A stretch of DNA of 64,000 nt from a virus: IMG/VR virus record IMGVR_UViG_3300035670_000132, positions 14,513-78,512 of that record. One strand, written 5' to 3'. The notes beneath the pieces are model-generated. The model was not told where the DNA came from and searched no databases. It saw only the letters and a list, made by a program, of their open reading frames with translations. The position numbers were made by a program, and so were the translations under genes. Shown here piece after piece: positions 39,713 through 49,790 of this stretch. How positions within the stretch are numbered: position 1 is the first letter of the stretch; the number at the start of each line of letters is the position of its first letter.

Positions 39713-41056
39713 ATGTCACAAATCGAATCACTAGTAAAGAAATGGGCTCCAATCATTGAACATGCTGATCTACCAGCAATCAAGGACGCTCATCGCAAGG
39801 CAGTAACAGCACAGCTATTGGAAAACCAAGAGCTAGACCTTCGTGTCAATACTTCTGGCGGATATCAAGCACCAACAAGTTTGCTATCAGAAGCAGCACC
39901 AACAAATAACTTCGGTGCATCTTCTTCAACAGCAGGCACAGGTGGTATCGACACATACGATCCAATTCTAATCAGCCTAGTTCGTCGCGCAATGCCAAAT
40001 TTGATCGCTTACGATCTATGCGGCGTTCAGCCAATGAACGGACCAACAGGTCTAATCTTCGCAATGCGTTCTAACTACAGACAGCAGCGCGGAACAGAAG
40101 CTCTATTCAACGAAGCTAATACAGCATTCTCTGGAACAAACAACACTAACTCATTCGGCCAGTCACAAACTGGTGCATCTCCAGTTGTCGCTGACGTAGC
40201 TAACAACTACACATACGGCACAGGCATGTCAACAGCGCAAGCTGAAGCACTAGGCGATGATGCTAATAACCAGTTCCAAGAAATGGCATTCCAGATCGAC
40301 AAGATTGCCGTAACAGCTAAGAGCCGCGCTCTAAAGGCTGAGTACACAATGGAACTAGCACAAGACTTGAAGGCTATCCACGGTCTAGACGCAGAGCAAG
40401 AGCTAGCAAACATTCTATCTACAGAAATTCTAGCTGAAATCAACCGCGAAGTTATCCGTACAATCAACGCAACAGCATCCGCTGGCGCACAAGAGAACGT
40501 TGCAACACTAGGCACATTCGACCTAGACGTTGACGCTAACGGTCGCTGGTCAGTTGAGAAGTTCAAGGGCTTGATGTTCCAACTAGAGCGTGAGTCTAAT
40601 GCACTAGCTAAGGCAACACGTCGTGGCAAGGGCAACGTCATGATTTGCTCATCTGATGTCGCATCCGCACTACAGATGGCAGGTGTTCTAGACTATACTC
40701 CAGCTCTAGCAAATAACCTACAAGTTGACGACACTGGCAACACATTCGCTGGCGTTCTAAACGGTCGCATCAAGGTCTACATCGACCCATACTTCGCAGC
40801 ATCATCTGGCATTCACTACGCTACAATGGGCTACAAGGGCACATCAGCATTCGACGCTGGCTTGTTCTACTGCCCATACGTTCCACTACAGATGGTTCGT
40901 GCAGTTGGTCAGGATACATTCCAGCCAAAGATCGCGTTCAAGACACGTTATGGCATGGTTGCAAACCCATTTGCAACATCTGCTGCTGACGGCGTTGTTG
41001 CATTCGCGAACAAAAATATCTATTACAGAAAGTTTGCAATTGCAAATCTAATGTAA
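39713..41056 (+). CDS. gp23: Major capsid protein gp23
   Basis: KWAPII, LVRRAMPNLIAYDLCGVQPMNGPTGLIFAMR, SRALKAEYTMELAQDLKAIHGLDAE, FQPKIAFKTRYG. Confidence 0.98.
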   Translation: MSQIESLVKKWAPIIEHADLPAIKDAHRKAVTAQLLENQELDLRVNTSGGYQAPTSLLSEAAPTNNFGASSSTAGTGGIDTYDPILISLVRRAMPNLIAYDLCGVQPMNGPTGLIFAMRSNYRQQRGTEALFNEANTAFSGTNNTNSFGQSQTGASPVVADVANNYTYGTGMSTAQAEALGDDANNQFQEMAFQIDKIAVTAKSRALKAEYTMELAQDLKAIHGLDAEQELANILSTEILAEINREVIRTINATASAGAQENVATLGTFDLDVDANGRWSVEKFKGLMFQLERESNALAKATRRGKGNVMICSSDVASALQMAGVLDYTPALANNLQVDDTGNTFAGVLNGRIKVYIDPYFAASSGIHYATMGYKGTSAFDAGLFYCPYVPLQMVRAVGQDTFQPKIAFKTRYGMVANPFATSAADGVVAFANKNIYYRKFAIANLM

Positions 41057-41087
41057 TTTATTGAGCCGACGAAGATCGGACTTTCAG

Positions 41088-41113
41088 AGGGGCTCTTCGG
41101 AGCCCCTTTTTTT
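41088..41113 (+). terminator. Rho-independent terminator after gp23
   Basis: aggggctc-TTCG-gagcccct followed by a T-run. Confidence 0.92.
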
Positions 41114-41154
41114 GTCACATAAATAGTGCATAAGACACATAAGGCTCGATTAAT

Positions 41155-41661
41155 ATGACACCAAATCCATCAAATAGAAGTTTTCTGTCAAACAACAAAT
41201 ATGAGTTAGTTATCAATAGACTACCTAACGTTGTTTTCTTTTTGCAGGCATTGAATCTGCCTAACATCACGCTGTCAAATGTGATCACACCAACTCCTTT
41301 TGTTGAATTGAAGAAGCCTGGCAATCAATTGCGCTATGAAGACTTGACTGTCAATTATATTCTTGATGAAGACATGCAAGCATGGTTCGAGATATACAAC
41401 TGGATGATGGGTCTTGCTAATCCAGAGACGACAAACAAGACAGGCACACTCACAAAAACACCAGGTAAAGTGAACAGTATAACTTCTGATATGTCTATTC
41501 TGATCAAGACTAATGCGAACAACTCAAATATAAAAGTAACTTTCTATGATGCATTCCCTACTGATCTAGGCGGTGTTCAATTGACGTCTACTGAAGGGCA
41601 AGATTTTCTCACTTCTACAATCACATTCACATATAATTATTATAAAGTAGAGAAGATTTGA
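41155..41661 (+). CDS. gp3: Tail completion/tube terminator gp3-like
   Basis: NRSFLSNNKY, LPNVVFF.Q..NLP, YEDLTVNYILDEDM, FYDAFPTDL; synteny after gp23. Confidence 0.85.
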   Translation: MTPNPSNRSFLSNNKYELVINRLPNVVFFLQALNLPNITLSNVITPTPFVELKKPGNQLRYEDLTVNYILDEDMQAWFEIYNWMMGLANPETTNKTGTLTKTPGKVNSITSDMSILIKTNANNSNIKVTFYDAFPTDLGGVQLTSTEGQDFLTSTITFTYNYYKVEKI

Positions 41662-41686
41662 CATAATCTTCATTATCTGATATAAT
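41658..41686 (+). promoter_or_regulatory. Sigma70-type early promoter
   Basis: TTGACA-N17-TATAAT perfect consensus upstream of uvsY. Confidence 0.85.
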
Positions 41687-41713
41687 GATTTATTTTACGT
41701 AATGAGGTTTGTA

Positions 41714-42151
41714 ATGACACTTGACCAGATCATTGAAGAGTGGAGAAAAGATTCTAGCATTGATTCCACTGAGTTAGGCAAAGAGTCACTGAAGATTCCT
41801 CAACTTCATAGCAAATACATGAAGCTGTATTTTGAAGAACGGCAAAAGATGCGAGGTCACGAATTCAAGAAGAAAGAGATTGTTCTGAAGAAATACGAAT
41901 ATTTCAACGGAAGAATGTCTAGAGAAGAACTTGAAGATGCTGGTTGGGAGCCATTTGTCAAGAAGTTGATGAAGAATGAAGTTGATATGTATATCGACTC
42001 AGACTCAGATATCATCAATATCAACATGCGTATTACTGCGCAATCAGAAAAGATTGATTTCTTAGAAGAAGTCTTGAAGAATCTCAATCAAAGAAACTAT
42101 CAAATACGCAACGCCATTGAATGGCAAAAATTCACAAATGGCGTCAACTGA
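41714..42151 (+). CDS. uvsY: Recombination mediator UvsY
   Basis: ESLKIPQLHSKY, RNYQIRNAIEWQKF; synteny. Confidence 0.88.
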   Translation: MTLDQIIEEWRKDSSIDSTELGKESLKIPQLHSKYMKLYFEERQKMRGHEFKKKEIVLKKYEYFNGRMSREELEDAGWEPFVKKLMKNEVDMYIDSDSDIININMRITAQSEKIDFLEEVLKNLNQRNYQIRNAIEWQKFTNGVN

Positions 42152-43598
42152 CATAGTAATTCAAAAAGTCAATGAAGTCTATATTAGACTTCTATGCGAC
42201 GCTGGGCTAGCAATGGAACTAAGTGAATTCTTTACGTTTTACATACCAAACTATAAATTTATGCCGGCATTCAAAAACAAAATTTGGGACGGCAAGATTC
42301 GCTTGTTCAACACTCAGAACAGAACTCTCTACACTGGGCTAATGTCTTATGTTGAGAAGTTCTGTAAAGAGCGTGACTATACGTATGAATGTGAAGATGA
42401 ACTTTTAGTAGCTGATGAACTGTCACTTGATGAAGCGCAAACGTTCGTAGATACGCTAGGCATACCATTTCAACCTAGAGAGTATCAACTAAAAGCATTC
42501 ACACATGCTATCAGAAATAGACGTGGTTTGTTACTCTCACCAACAGCATCTGGAAAGTCACTGATCATCTACTTGATCACTCGATATGTTGAAAGTAAGA
42601 CACTTATCATTGTTCCTACAATATCACTAGTAGCTCAGCTATTCAAAGACTTTGAAGACTATGGGTTTGATAGCAACGAAAATGTACACAAAATCATTGC
42701 AGGAGCAACGAAGACTACTGATAAGCAAATTGTAATTTCAACATGGCAATCTATCTACAAGATGCCGCGCGAATGGTTTCAGCAATTCTCTCTCGTGATT
42801 GGTGACGAAGCACACTTATTCAAAGCTCAGTCACTCACATCAATTCTCGTCAATATGATTGACTGCAAATACAGATTCGGTCTCACCGGCACACTTGACG
42901 GCACACAGACACACAGATTAGTTCTCGAAGGCTTGTTCGGCAAAGTCAAGCAAATCACGACAACAAAAGACTTGATAGATGCTGGCAATCTAGCAAAGTT
43001 CAAGATCAAAGCACTGTTGCTAAAATATGACGAAGATACGTGCAAGCATGTAAAATCTATGAAGTATCAAGACGAGATCGACTTTCTAGTCACACATCAA
43101 GCTCGGAACAAGTTCATCAAAAACTTAGCTCTCAGTCTCAAAGGCAACACACTTGTTCTGTTCCAACTAGTAGAAAAGCATGGCGAAGTTCTACATCGCA
43201 TGATCAGTGAAGCTACGGCTGAAGATCGGCAAGTGTTCTTCATTCATGGTGGCGTAGACATTGACTCGCGAGAAGATGTGCGTCGCATCACAGAAGAGGA
43301 AAAAGATGCTATAATTATAGCATCGTTTGGTACGTTTTCTACTGGAATAAATATCCGTAATCTACACAATGTGATTTTTGCTTCACCGAGCAAGAGCAAG
43401 ATCAGAACCTTACAGTCTATTGGTCGTGGGCTAAGACTTGGCAAAGATAAAGAAATCGCTACGCTGTATGATATAGCGGACGATTTGACTCATAAATCGC
43501 ACAAGAACTTCACTCTTGATCACTTTATGGAACGTATGAAAATCTATAACGAAGAGAAGTTTGACTACAAGATTTACACAATCAATTTGAAGGGATAA
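42138..43598 (+). CDS. uvsW: SF2 helicase UvsW
   Basis: WDGKIRLF, SPTASGKS, GDEAH, GLTGT, QSIGRGLR. Confidence 0.95.
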   Translation: MASTDIVIQKVNEVYIRLLCDAGLAMELSEFFTFYIPNYKFMPAFKNKIWDGKIRLFNTQNRTLYTGLMSYVEKFCKERDYTYECEDELLVADELSLDEAQTFVDTLGIPFQPREYQLKAFTHAIRNRRGLLLSPTASGKSLIIYLITRYVESKTLIIVPTISLVAQLFKDFEDYGFDSNENVHKIIAGATKTTDKQIVISTWQSIYKMPREWFQQFSLVIGDEAHLFKAQSLTSILVNMIDCKYRFGLTGTLDGTQTHRLVLEGLFGKVKQITTTKDLIDAGNLAKFKIKALLLKYDEDTCKHVKSMKYQDEIDFLVTHQARNKFIKNLALSLKGNTLVLFQLVEKHGEVLHRMISEATAEDRQVFFIHGGVDIDSREDVRRITEEEKDAIIIASFGTFSTGINIRNLHNVIFASPSKSKIRTLQSIGRGLRLGKDKEIATLYDIADDLTHKSHKNFTLDHFMERMKIYNEEKFDYKIYTINLKG

Positions 43599-43602
43599 AT
43601 AT

Positions 43603-44013
43603 ATGCATCAACCAATAGATTCAAGTGAAGTTGAGAAAGCTATTGCAGTTCTCAAAGTATCAAGTGGTGAACACATTATCGCAGTAATTCAAAATGAGAC
43701 TAATAGTTTTTTAGATTTGATGCATCCATATCGAATTTGGACTTCAATGACTCAATCTGGTAATATCAGTATGACTATCGTCAAATGGGACATCTCTGTT
43801 GATGAGACTCATCCAATCAGAGTGTTCAAGTCTAATTTGATTTCTTGTGCTAAGCCAAACAATATTATGATATCAAACTACAAAGAAGCATTGACTAGTG
43901 TCTACGAAGAAGATGATGAAGAGTCTTCTACTGAAGAAGACTTAGATAAGATCGAATCAGCACTCAGTGAGATGATTCAACAATCATCTAAGAAAGATAC
44001 TAAATTACACTAA
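43603..44013 (+). CDS. Conserved hypothetical protein between uvsW and gp55
   Basis: VLKVSSGEHIIA (KLxxGExI type) start; synteny. Confidence 0.7.
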   Translation: MHQPIDSSEVEKAIAVLKVSSGEHIIAVIQNETNSFLDLMHPYRIWTSMTQSGNISMTIVKWDISVDETHPIRVFKSNLISCAKPNNIMISNYKEALTSVYEEDDEESSTEEDLDKIESALSEMIQQSSKKDTKLH

Positions 44014-44036
44014 CCCTTTGAAGAGCCTACACAGCA

Positions 44037-44065
44037 ACTGTATCACTGTGTCAAGTCAAAGTCAA
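44037..44065 (-). promoter_or_regulatory. Candidate antisense sigma70 promoter
   Basis: On the minus strand TTGACT-N17-TACAGT (with TGn), in the intergenic region before gp55. Confidence 0.5.
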
Positions 44066-44090
44066 GCAAAACCATGAAGAAAGTGAACAC

Positions 44091-44687
44091 ATGCCAGAAT
44101 TAAAAGCAAAATCAAACCACTACGTAGACAATCAGACATTCCTAGCTCAGATGACTGAGTATAGAAAGACTGTCATTGAAGCAAAGGAAAAAGGCGTCGA
44201 GAAGCCTAGAGTTCCGAACTATATTGGTTTGTGTCTTTTCAAGATCGCAACACACTTGGCAAGAAAGCCCAACTTCGCAAACTACTCATTCAAAGAGGAC
44301 ATGATCTCTGACGGAGTAGAAAACTGTCTCATGTATATTGACAACTTCAATCCAGAGCGATCAACGAATCCGTTTGCATATTTTACGCAGATCATCTACT
44401 ATGCGTTCCTACGGCGCATTCAGAAAGAAAAAAAGCAGATGTATGTGAAGTACAAATCGATGGAAAACGAGATCGTCACAACATTGACTGACTCAAACGC
44501 AGATGATATAATCACACAGAATATCAACGGAATGATTCACGATGCATATGCTGAAGAGTTCATCCGTGATTTCATTGAAGCGTTTGAAACGAATGAACGT
44601 AAGAAGTCTTCTGGTAAGAAGAAAAAGGTTGGTCTAATCAAATTCATGGAGGATGATGATGCAACACCAATTCCAGCAGAAAGCTGA
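44091..44687 (+). CDS. gp55: Late transcription sigma factor gp55
   Basis: HYVDNQTF, EDMISDGVENCLMYIDNFNPE..TNPFAYFTQIIYYAFLRRIQKEKKQ. Confidence 0.96.
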   Translation: MPELKAKSNHYVDNQTFLAQMTEYRKTVIEAKEKGVEKPRVPNYIGLCLFKIATHLARKPNFANYSFKEDMISDGVENCLMYIDNFNPERSTNPFAYFTQIIYYAFLRRIQKEKKQMYVKYKSMENEIVTTLTDSNADDIITQNINGMIHDAYAEEFIRDFIEAFETNERKKSSGKKKKVGLIKFMEDDDATPIPAES

Positions 44688-44910
44688 AGAAGAGTCTGAC
44701 ATTGAAGTGAACACTCCTGTGCCGGTTCAACTTGAGAACTGGCTCAAAGTAGTAGCGAATAAGAAATCAAATTATGTGATGAAGAGTAACGCTATTATGC
44801 ATTTGACAAACATCAGGAATTTGATTGATTATACACTTGGTCATGAAAGGAAAAGCAATGAAACTATGTCTTCTCGGCGACACTCACTTCGGAGCGAGAA
44901 ACGATTCTAA
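44653..44910 (+). CDS. Small hypothetical protein overlapping gp55 and gp47
   Basis: GGAGG just upstream of tandem ATGs; fills the gp55-gp47 gap. Confidence 0.45.
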   Translation: MMMQHQFQQKAEEESDIEVNTPVPVQLENWLKVVANKKSNYVMKSNAIMHLTNIRNLIDYTLGHERKSNETMSSRRHSLRSEKRF

Positions 44911-45925
44911 GCACTTTCATGAATACTTTGAAGAGTTCTATTGCACACTATTTGATTTCTTAATCAAAGAAGACGTAAAGCACATTATTCAGCTAGGTGA
45001 TCTATTTGATCGGCGCAAGTATGTCAACTTCTATACTCTAGCTGAGTCTAAGCGATATTTCTTTGATAAACTCAAAGAGTTCAATATTGAACTACATGCA
45101 CTGATTGGCAATCACGACATCTTCTGGAAACACAGTCTAGACGTAAACTCACCTGAGCTTTTGCTGACGTCATATGACAATGTGCATATTTACAATAAAG
45201 CGCAAACTATTCATTTTGATGGGTTAGCGATTGATGTGATTCCTTGGATGTGTAATGACAATACTGAAGAGATCATGAAGTTTGTTGAGAAGTCTGTCTC
45301 ACCAATCTGTGTTGGTCATTTTGAACTAGTTGGTTTTCCTATGATGAAGGGTGTAGAAAGTCATGAAGGTGTTGAGTCTAAATTTCTTGATCGATATGAT
45401 CACGTTTATAGTGGGCACTATCACACTCGCTCTACTATTGGCAATGTCACGTATACCGGCACACCCTATGAGCTTGTTTGGAGTGACTATAAAGACGCAA
45501 AGGGTGTCTATCTTCTAGATACGCAGACGATGAAGGCTGAGTTCATTCAAAACAATAACCGGATGTTCTTCAAATTGCTGTATGATGACTCAAAGTCATC
45601 TATGGAAGATGTTCTGAAAACAGACTATAGCAGATTCAAAGACAAGTATGTAAAGATCGTTGTGCTGAATAAACAGAATCCATATATGTTTGACAAGATG
45701 CTTGATGAGATTTTCAAAGTTTCGCCGATCGATGTTTCAATCGTTGAAGATTTTACTGAGTTGAACACTAGCGGTGAAGACGTTGACGTCGATCAAGCTG
45801 AAGACACATTGACATCACTATATAATTTTATTGATCAACAATCACTTCAAGTAGAGTCTCCTAGACTGAAGAATATTATGCATGAGTTATACTTGGAAGC
45901 ATTGTCATCGGAGAACGTTGAATGA
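44858..45925 (+). CDS. gp47: Recombination endonuclease gp47 (Mre11-like)
   Basis: GDTHFG, LGDLFDRR, GNHD, GHFE, SGHYH metallophosphoesterase motifs. Confidence 0.95.
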   Translation: MKLCLLGDTHFGARNDSKHFHEYFEEFYCTLFDFLIKEDVKHIIQLGDLFDRRKYVNFYTLAESKRYFFDKLKEFNIELHALIGNHDIFWKHSLDVNSPELLLTSYDNVHIYNKAQTIHFDGLAIDVIPWMCNDNTEEIMKFVEKSVSPICVGHFELVGFPMMKGVESHEGVESKFLDRYDHVYSGHYHTRSTIGNVTYTGTPYELVWSDYKDAKGVYLLDTQTMKAEFIQNNNRMFFKLLYDDSKSSMEDVLKTDYSRFKDKYVKIVVLNKQNPYMFDKMLDEIFKVSPIDVSIVEDFTELNTSGEDVDVDQAEDTLTSLYNFIDQQSLQVESPRLKNIMHELYLEALSSENVE

Positions 45926-47634
45926 TTTTGTTTAAAACTGTTAAATGGCGCAATTTTCTATCAACAGGAAACGTCTTCACTGAGATGAATCTGTCTGATG
46001 AGTCTGCGACACTTGTTGTCGGATCAAATGGATCTGGCAAGTCTACTATGCTTGACGCAATCTGTTTTGGTCTGTTTGGCAAGCCATTTCGTAATGTGAA
46101 TAAACCACAACTCCTGAACTCGATCAATCAGAAAGACTGCATTGTTGAAGTTGAGTTTGATATTGGCAATAAGTCATATCGTGTTGTGCGTGGCATCAAA
46201 CCAAACATATTTGAAATATATTGCAACGGAGCATTGTTGTCACAGAACGCAGCAACGAAGGACTATCAAGAGCAACTAGAGAAGTTCATTCTCAAACTGA
46301 ACTTCAAGTCATTCACTCAGATTGTTATTCTTGGTTCAGCATCGTTCACGCCGTTCATGCAGTTGACTGCTAACGACAGGCGTATGATCATTGAAGATTT
46401 GCTAGACATTCAGATTTTCTCTAGAATGAATAGTGTTCTGAAAGAAAAATACGCTAAGCTGAAAGATGATCTAGCTGAAGCTAAAAGAAAGCATGAGTCT
46501 GCTAAAGACAAGCATGATATTCTTGTTGAGCATATTGCAAAGCTAGTCAAAGGCAACAAAGACAGAATTCAACAAAAGAAAGATGTTCTGCAAAAAGAAA
46601 CTGCATTGATTGCATCATATGAGTTGCAGATTGAAACGCTGAGTGCTGAGATCGATGTGCTGAGAGACAAAACGAAGGAGCAGAGTTCTATCAAGAATAA
46701 GCTCCAACGATATGACAATCTTGAAGCTAATTTAAACAAGACGCTAAAGAAAGTGTCTGATGATCTCACGTTGTATAATGAGACTGAAGAGTGTCCGGTG
46801 TGTAAGCAAGGCATTCCGCATGAACACAAAAAAGTTTTGATCAGCGAAAGAGAATCTAAGCTAAAAGATGTGGAAAATGCAATCAATGACTTGAACAAGA
46901 AGTATAACGATGAATTTGACAGGCTAAAAGAGATCAATCGTCTTTTGACAAAGATAGACGAAAAGTCAAAAGAATGCACTAATCTTTCCAGAAATCTTGC
47001 TGCATCATACAAGTACATCAGTTCTCTACAAGATGAGATTGATGAAATGCAAAAGCCACAAGAAGACATCACAGAGATTGAGACTAAAGTTGATGACTTG
47101 CGCCACGAGATGAATGTTGCTATAATGAGTGAAAAGTCATTGACTGGCGATAAGCACTATCTTGATGTTGCGACGAATCTGCTGAAAGACACTGGCATCA
47201 AAACAAAAATCGTCAGACAGTATATTCCAGTGATCAATAAGTTTGTGAACAAGTATCTTTCAGCGATGGATTTCTTCGTCAACTTCACGCTCGATGAATC
47301 ATTCAAAGAGACAATCAAATCAAGACATCGCGATGACTTTTCTTATGGTTCATTTTCTGAAGGCGAGAAGCAACGAATTGACATGGCCCTTCTACTGACT
47401 TGGAGAGCAGTCGCTAAGCTGAAGAATTCATCAAATACGAATTTGCTGATTCTAGATGAAGTGTTTGACTCAAGCCTAGATACTAACGGAACTGAAGACT
47501 TGATGAAAATTCTTGGCTTACTAGAAAGCACGAATCTATTTGTCATCTCGCATAAGGGTGACATCTTACAAGACAGATTCAGAAACGTGATTAGATTTGA
47601 AAAGGTAAATAATTTCTCAAGGATGGTAAAATGA
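45922..47634 (+). CDS. gp46: Recombination ATPase gp46 (Rad50-like)
   Basis: GSNGSGKST, CPVC zinc hook, FSEGEK signature, LILDE. Confidence 0.96.
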   Translation: MILFKTVKWRNFLSTGNVFTEMNLSDESATLVVGSNGSGKSTMLDAICFGLFGKPFRNVNKPQLLNSINQKDCIVEVEFDIGNKSYRVVRGIKPNIFEIYCNGALLSQNAATKDYQEQLEKFILKLNFKSFTQIVILGSASFTPFMQLTANDRRMIIEDLLDIQIFSRMNSVLKEKYAKLKDDLAEAKRKHESAKDKHDILVEHIAKLVKGNKDRIQQKKDVLQKETALIASYELQIETLSAEIDVLRDKTKEQSSIKNKLQRYDNLEANLNKTLKKVSDDLTLYNETEECPVCKQGIPHEHKKVLISERESKLKDVENAINDLNKKYNDEFDRLKEINRLLTKIDEKSKECTNLSRNLAASYKYISSLQDEIDEMQKPQEDITEIETKVDDLRHEMNVAIMSEKSLTGDKHYLDVATNLLKDTGIKTKIVRQYIPVINKFVNKYLSAMDFFVNFTLDESFKETIKSRHRDDFSYGSFSEGEKQRIDMALLLTWRAVAKLKNSSNTNLLILDEVFDSSLDTNGTEDLMKILGLLESTNLFVISHKGDILQDRFRNVIRFEKVNNFSRMVK

Positions 47635-48158
47635 ATGATTTGATTTTAGTGCCAGAAACGAATGATATTCTGAAACGAACTACTGTGCCGTTTGATTTTC
47701 AGAATCCGCCGATTGATCCTAGAGTTCTCTCTGCGCAGCTACATGAATGCATGGTGAAGAACAAGGGTCTTGGTCTGTCTGCACCGCAAGTCGGTTTGCA
47801 CTATAAAGTCTTCGCTATTCGTGTGAGCGATACGGATCCATTTGTGATGTTCAATCCAAAGATCGTCAACGTGTCCGACAAAGAAGTGAGCATGAAAGAA
47901 GGCTGTCTTAGTTTTCCTTTGTTGTTCATGAACGTGAAGAGACCCGACTCAGTGCGAATTCGATATCAAAACTGGAACGGTGAAACGGAGACGAAGCAAT
48001 TCATTGGAATGACTGCACGAATTGTTCTCCATGAAATGGATCACATGGACGGCATCACGTTTCTGAATCGCGCATCATCGTTTGAGCTACAGAGAGCTAC
48101 ACGTAAGCGCGGCATTCTGAAGCGTAAGACTACAGCGAAACAAAAAACGACAAACTGA
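47631..48158 (+). CDS. def: Peptide deformylase
   Basis: GLGLSAPQVG, EGCLS, HEMDHMDG motifs. Confidence 0.94.
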   Translation: MNDLILVPETNDILKRTTVPFDFQNPPIDPRVLSAQLHECMVKNKGLGLSAPQVGLHYKVFAIRVSDTDPFVMFNPKIVNVSDKEVSMKEGCLSFPLLFMNVKRPDSVRIRYQNWNGETETKQFIGMTARIVLHEMDHMDGITFLNRASSFELQRATRKRGILKRKTTAKQKTTN

Positions 48159-48167
48159 TTCGCTACA

Positions 48168-48650
48168 ATGAAACAGAAGCATATAGACGCATTCATGAAG
48201 ACTGCTGAGGTCTTTGCCGACTTGAGCACTGCGAAACGCAAGAAAGTTGGTGCGATTATCGTCAAAGACAATCGCATCATCTCTATCGGCTACAATGGCA
48301 CACCTAGCGGATGGGACAACAACTGCGAAGACAAGATTTATACTTCGCCGTGGCAATCTGAATTCGATGACATCGAGAACGAGACGTATACGCTGAAGAC
48401 AAAGCCAGAAGTAATACATGCAGAACAAAATTGTTTGGCGAAATTAGCCAAGTCAACTGAGAGCGGAGACGGAAGTTCCATGTTTGTGACTTGCGCTCCA
48501 TGCATGGAGTGTGCTAAAATGATCGCTCAGTCTGGAATAAAAAACGTCTACTATCGTGAAGCGTATCGCTCAACTGACGGTGTAGATTTCCTACATAAGT
48601 GTAATGTACATGTTGAAAAGGTGACTATCGATGGCAACAAAACAGAGTAA
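48168..48650 (+). CDS. cd: dCMP deaminase
   Basis: GYNGTPSG, HAEQN, PCMEC. Confidence 0.9.
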   Translation: MKQKHIDAFMKTAEVFADLSTAKRKKVGAIIVKDNRIISIGYNGTPSGWDNNCEDKIYTSPWQSEFDDIENETYTLKTKPEVIHAEQNCLAKLAKSTESGDGSSMFVTCAPCMECAKMIAQSGIKNVYYREAYRSTDGVDFLHKCNVHVEKVTIDGNKTE

Positions 48651-49002
48651 GAACAAAGTTCTCACTGAAGAGTCTACGAAGTATGAGAGTCTGATTGGAT
48701 ACAAAGAAAAGACTGGCGAACCAGCTTCAGTTCTAGACTTTATGGATCTAGATGAGTCTGAGCGACTTTCTGCTGAACAGCGAGACGATGTTGAGTGGAA
48801 AAAGCATTGGGTTGGCATGCCAGAGTTTGTGCAAGAAGACAATCCAGCATACAAAAAACTGATTGTGTCTTTTCGTAATAAAGAAGATTATGAGGAGTTT
48901 GCAAAACTCATTGGTCAGCCGTTGACTGAGAAAACAAAGACCATCTGGCATCCAAGGCTAGATCGCGAAGCTAACTCTCTTCTACGATGGGTAGTTGAAT
49001 GA
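48631..49002 (+). CDS. Hypothetical protein, partner of GREB1/TAGT-like glycosyltransferases
   Basis: W.GMPEF.QED...LIVSFRNKEDYEEFAKLIGQPLTEKTKTIWHP; translationally coupled to the next genes. Confidence 0.65.
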   Translation: MATKQSKNKVLTEESTKYESLIGYKEKTGEPASVLDFMDLDESERLSAEQRDDVEWKKHWVGMPEFVQEDNPAYKKLIVSFRNKEDYEEFAKLIGQPLTEKTKTIWHPRLDREANSLLRWVVE

Positions 49003-49790
49003 ATCTTTTGACAGACAAAAAGTGGAATCTATTCGAAGAGTTTTTGTCTGACTATTCTTCTCTGTTCGACATCGATAAGAATAAGTCAAAAGAGCTTCTA
49101 AGAAGCGGTGAATTGTTTACTCGATTGACTGACTTTTGGTACGAAAAGCTGCACCAAAACGATCTAAATTCTGCATATAAAGTGTATGATGACGAATACT
49201 ATTTCGTTGACATTTTCAATTGCTATGTCACTTACAGTCGTGAATACATCAAGAGAATTCTAAAGAGTAAAGCATATGACGATCTCAAATCAATCGAATC
49301 ATATGTTGACATTGGATGCGGCTTGAGCTATAGTACGTGTGCATTGAAGCAAATTTTTCCTAACGCTAAAGCGTATGCGATAAACATCAAAGACACTAAG
49401 CAATGGAAATTCTGCGAGATGATGGGCAAGCGATATGATTTCACTTTGCTAGAATCTGTTGATGATATCAAGCATGACGTTGATCTTGTTTTTGCATCAG
49501 AATATTTTGAGCATATTGTAGATCCATGCGCACACTTTGATTATATTGTGCGGTCGATCAAACCAGAGTGGTTTTTGATTGCTAATGCATTCAACACTCA
49601 CTCGATCGGTCATTATGAAACTTATGATCATAATGACGAGAAGATTGATCAGTCTAAAATCGGAAACATCTTCAATAAGCACATAAGAAGCTCTGGATAC
49701 AAAGACATCAATTATTCGTTATGGAATCAAAAGCCTAAAGTGTGGAAGAAAAACGAAACGAAACCAACCTTGATGAGTTTTATAGAATGA
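48999..49790 (+). CDS. Class I SAM-dependent methyltransferase
   Basis: YVDIGCGLSYST (motif I); DLVFASEYFEHI. Confidence 0.8.
   Translation: MNLLTDKKWNLFEEFLSDYSSLFDIDKNKSKELLRSGELFTRLTDFWYEKLHQNDLNSAYKVYDDEYYFVDIFNCYVTYSREYIKRILKSKAYDDLKSIESYVDIGCGLSYSTCALKQIFPNAKAYAINIKDTKQWKFCEMMGKRYDFTLLESVDDIKHDVDLVFASEYFEHIVDPCAHFDYIVRSIKPEWFLIANAFNTHSIGHYETYDHNDEKIDQSKIGNIFNKHIRSSGYKDINYSLWNQKPKVWKKNETKPTLMSFIE

Noticed and set aside
48999-49790. DNA adenine or cytosine methyltransferase
   Set aside because: No DPPY/NPPY or PCQ catalytic motif; only generic class I SAM-binding motifs
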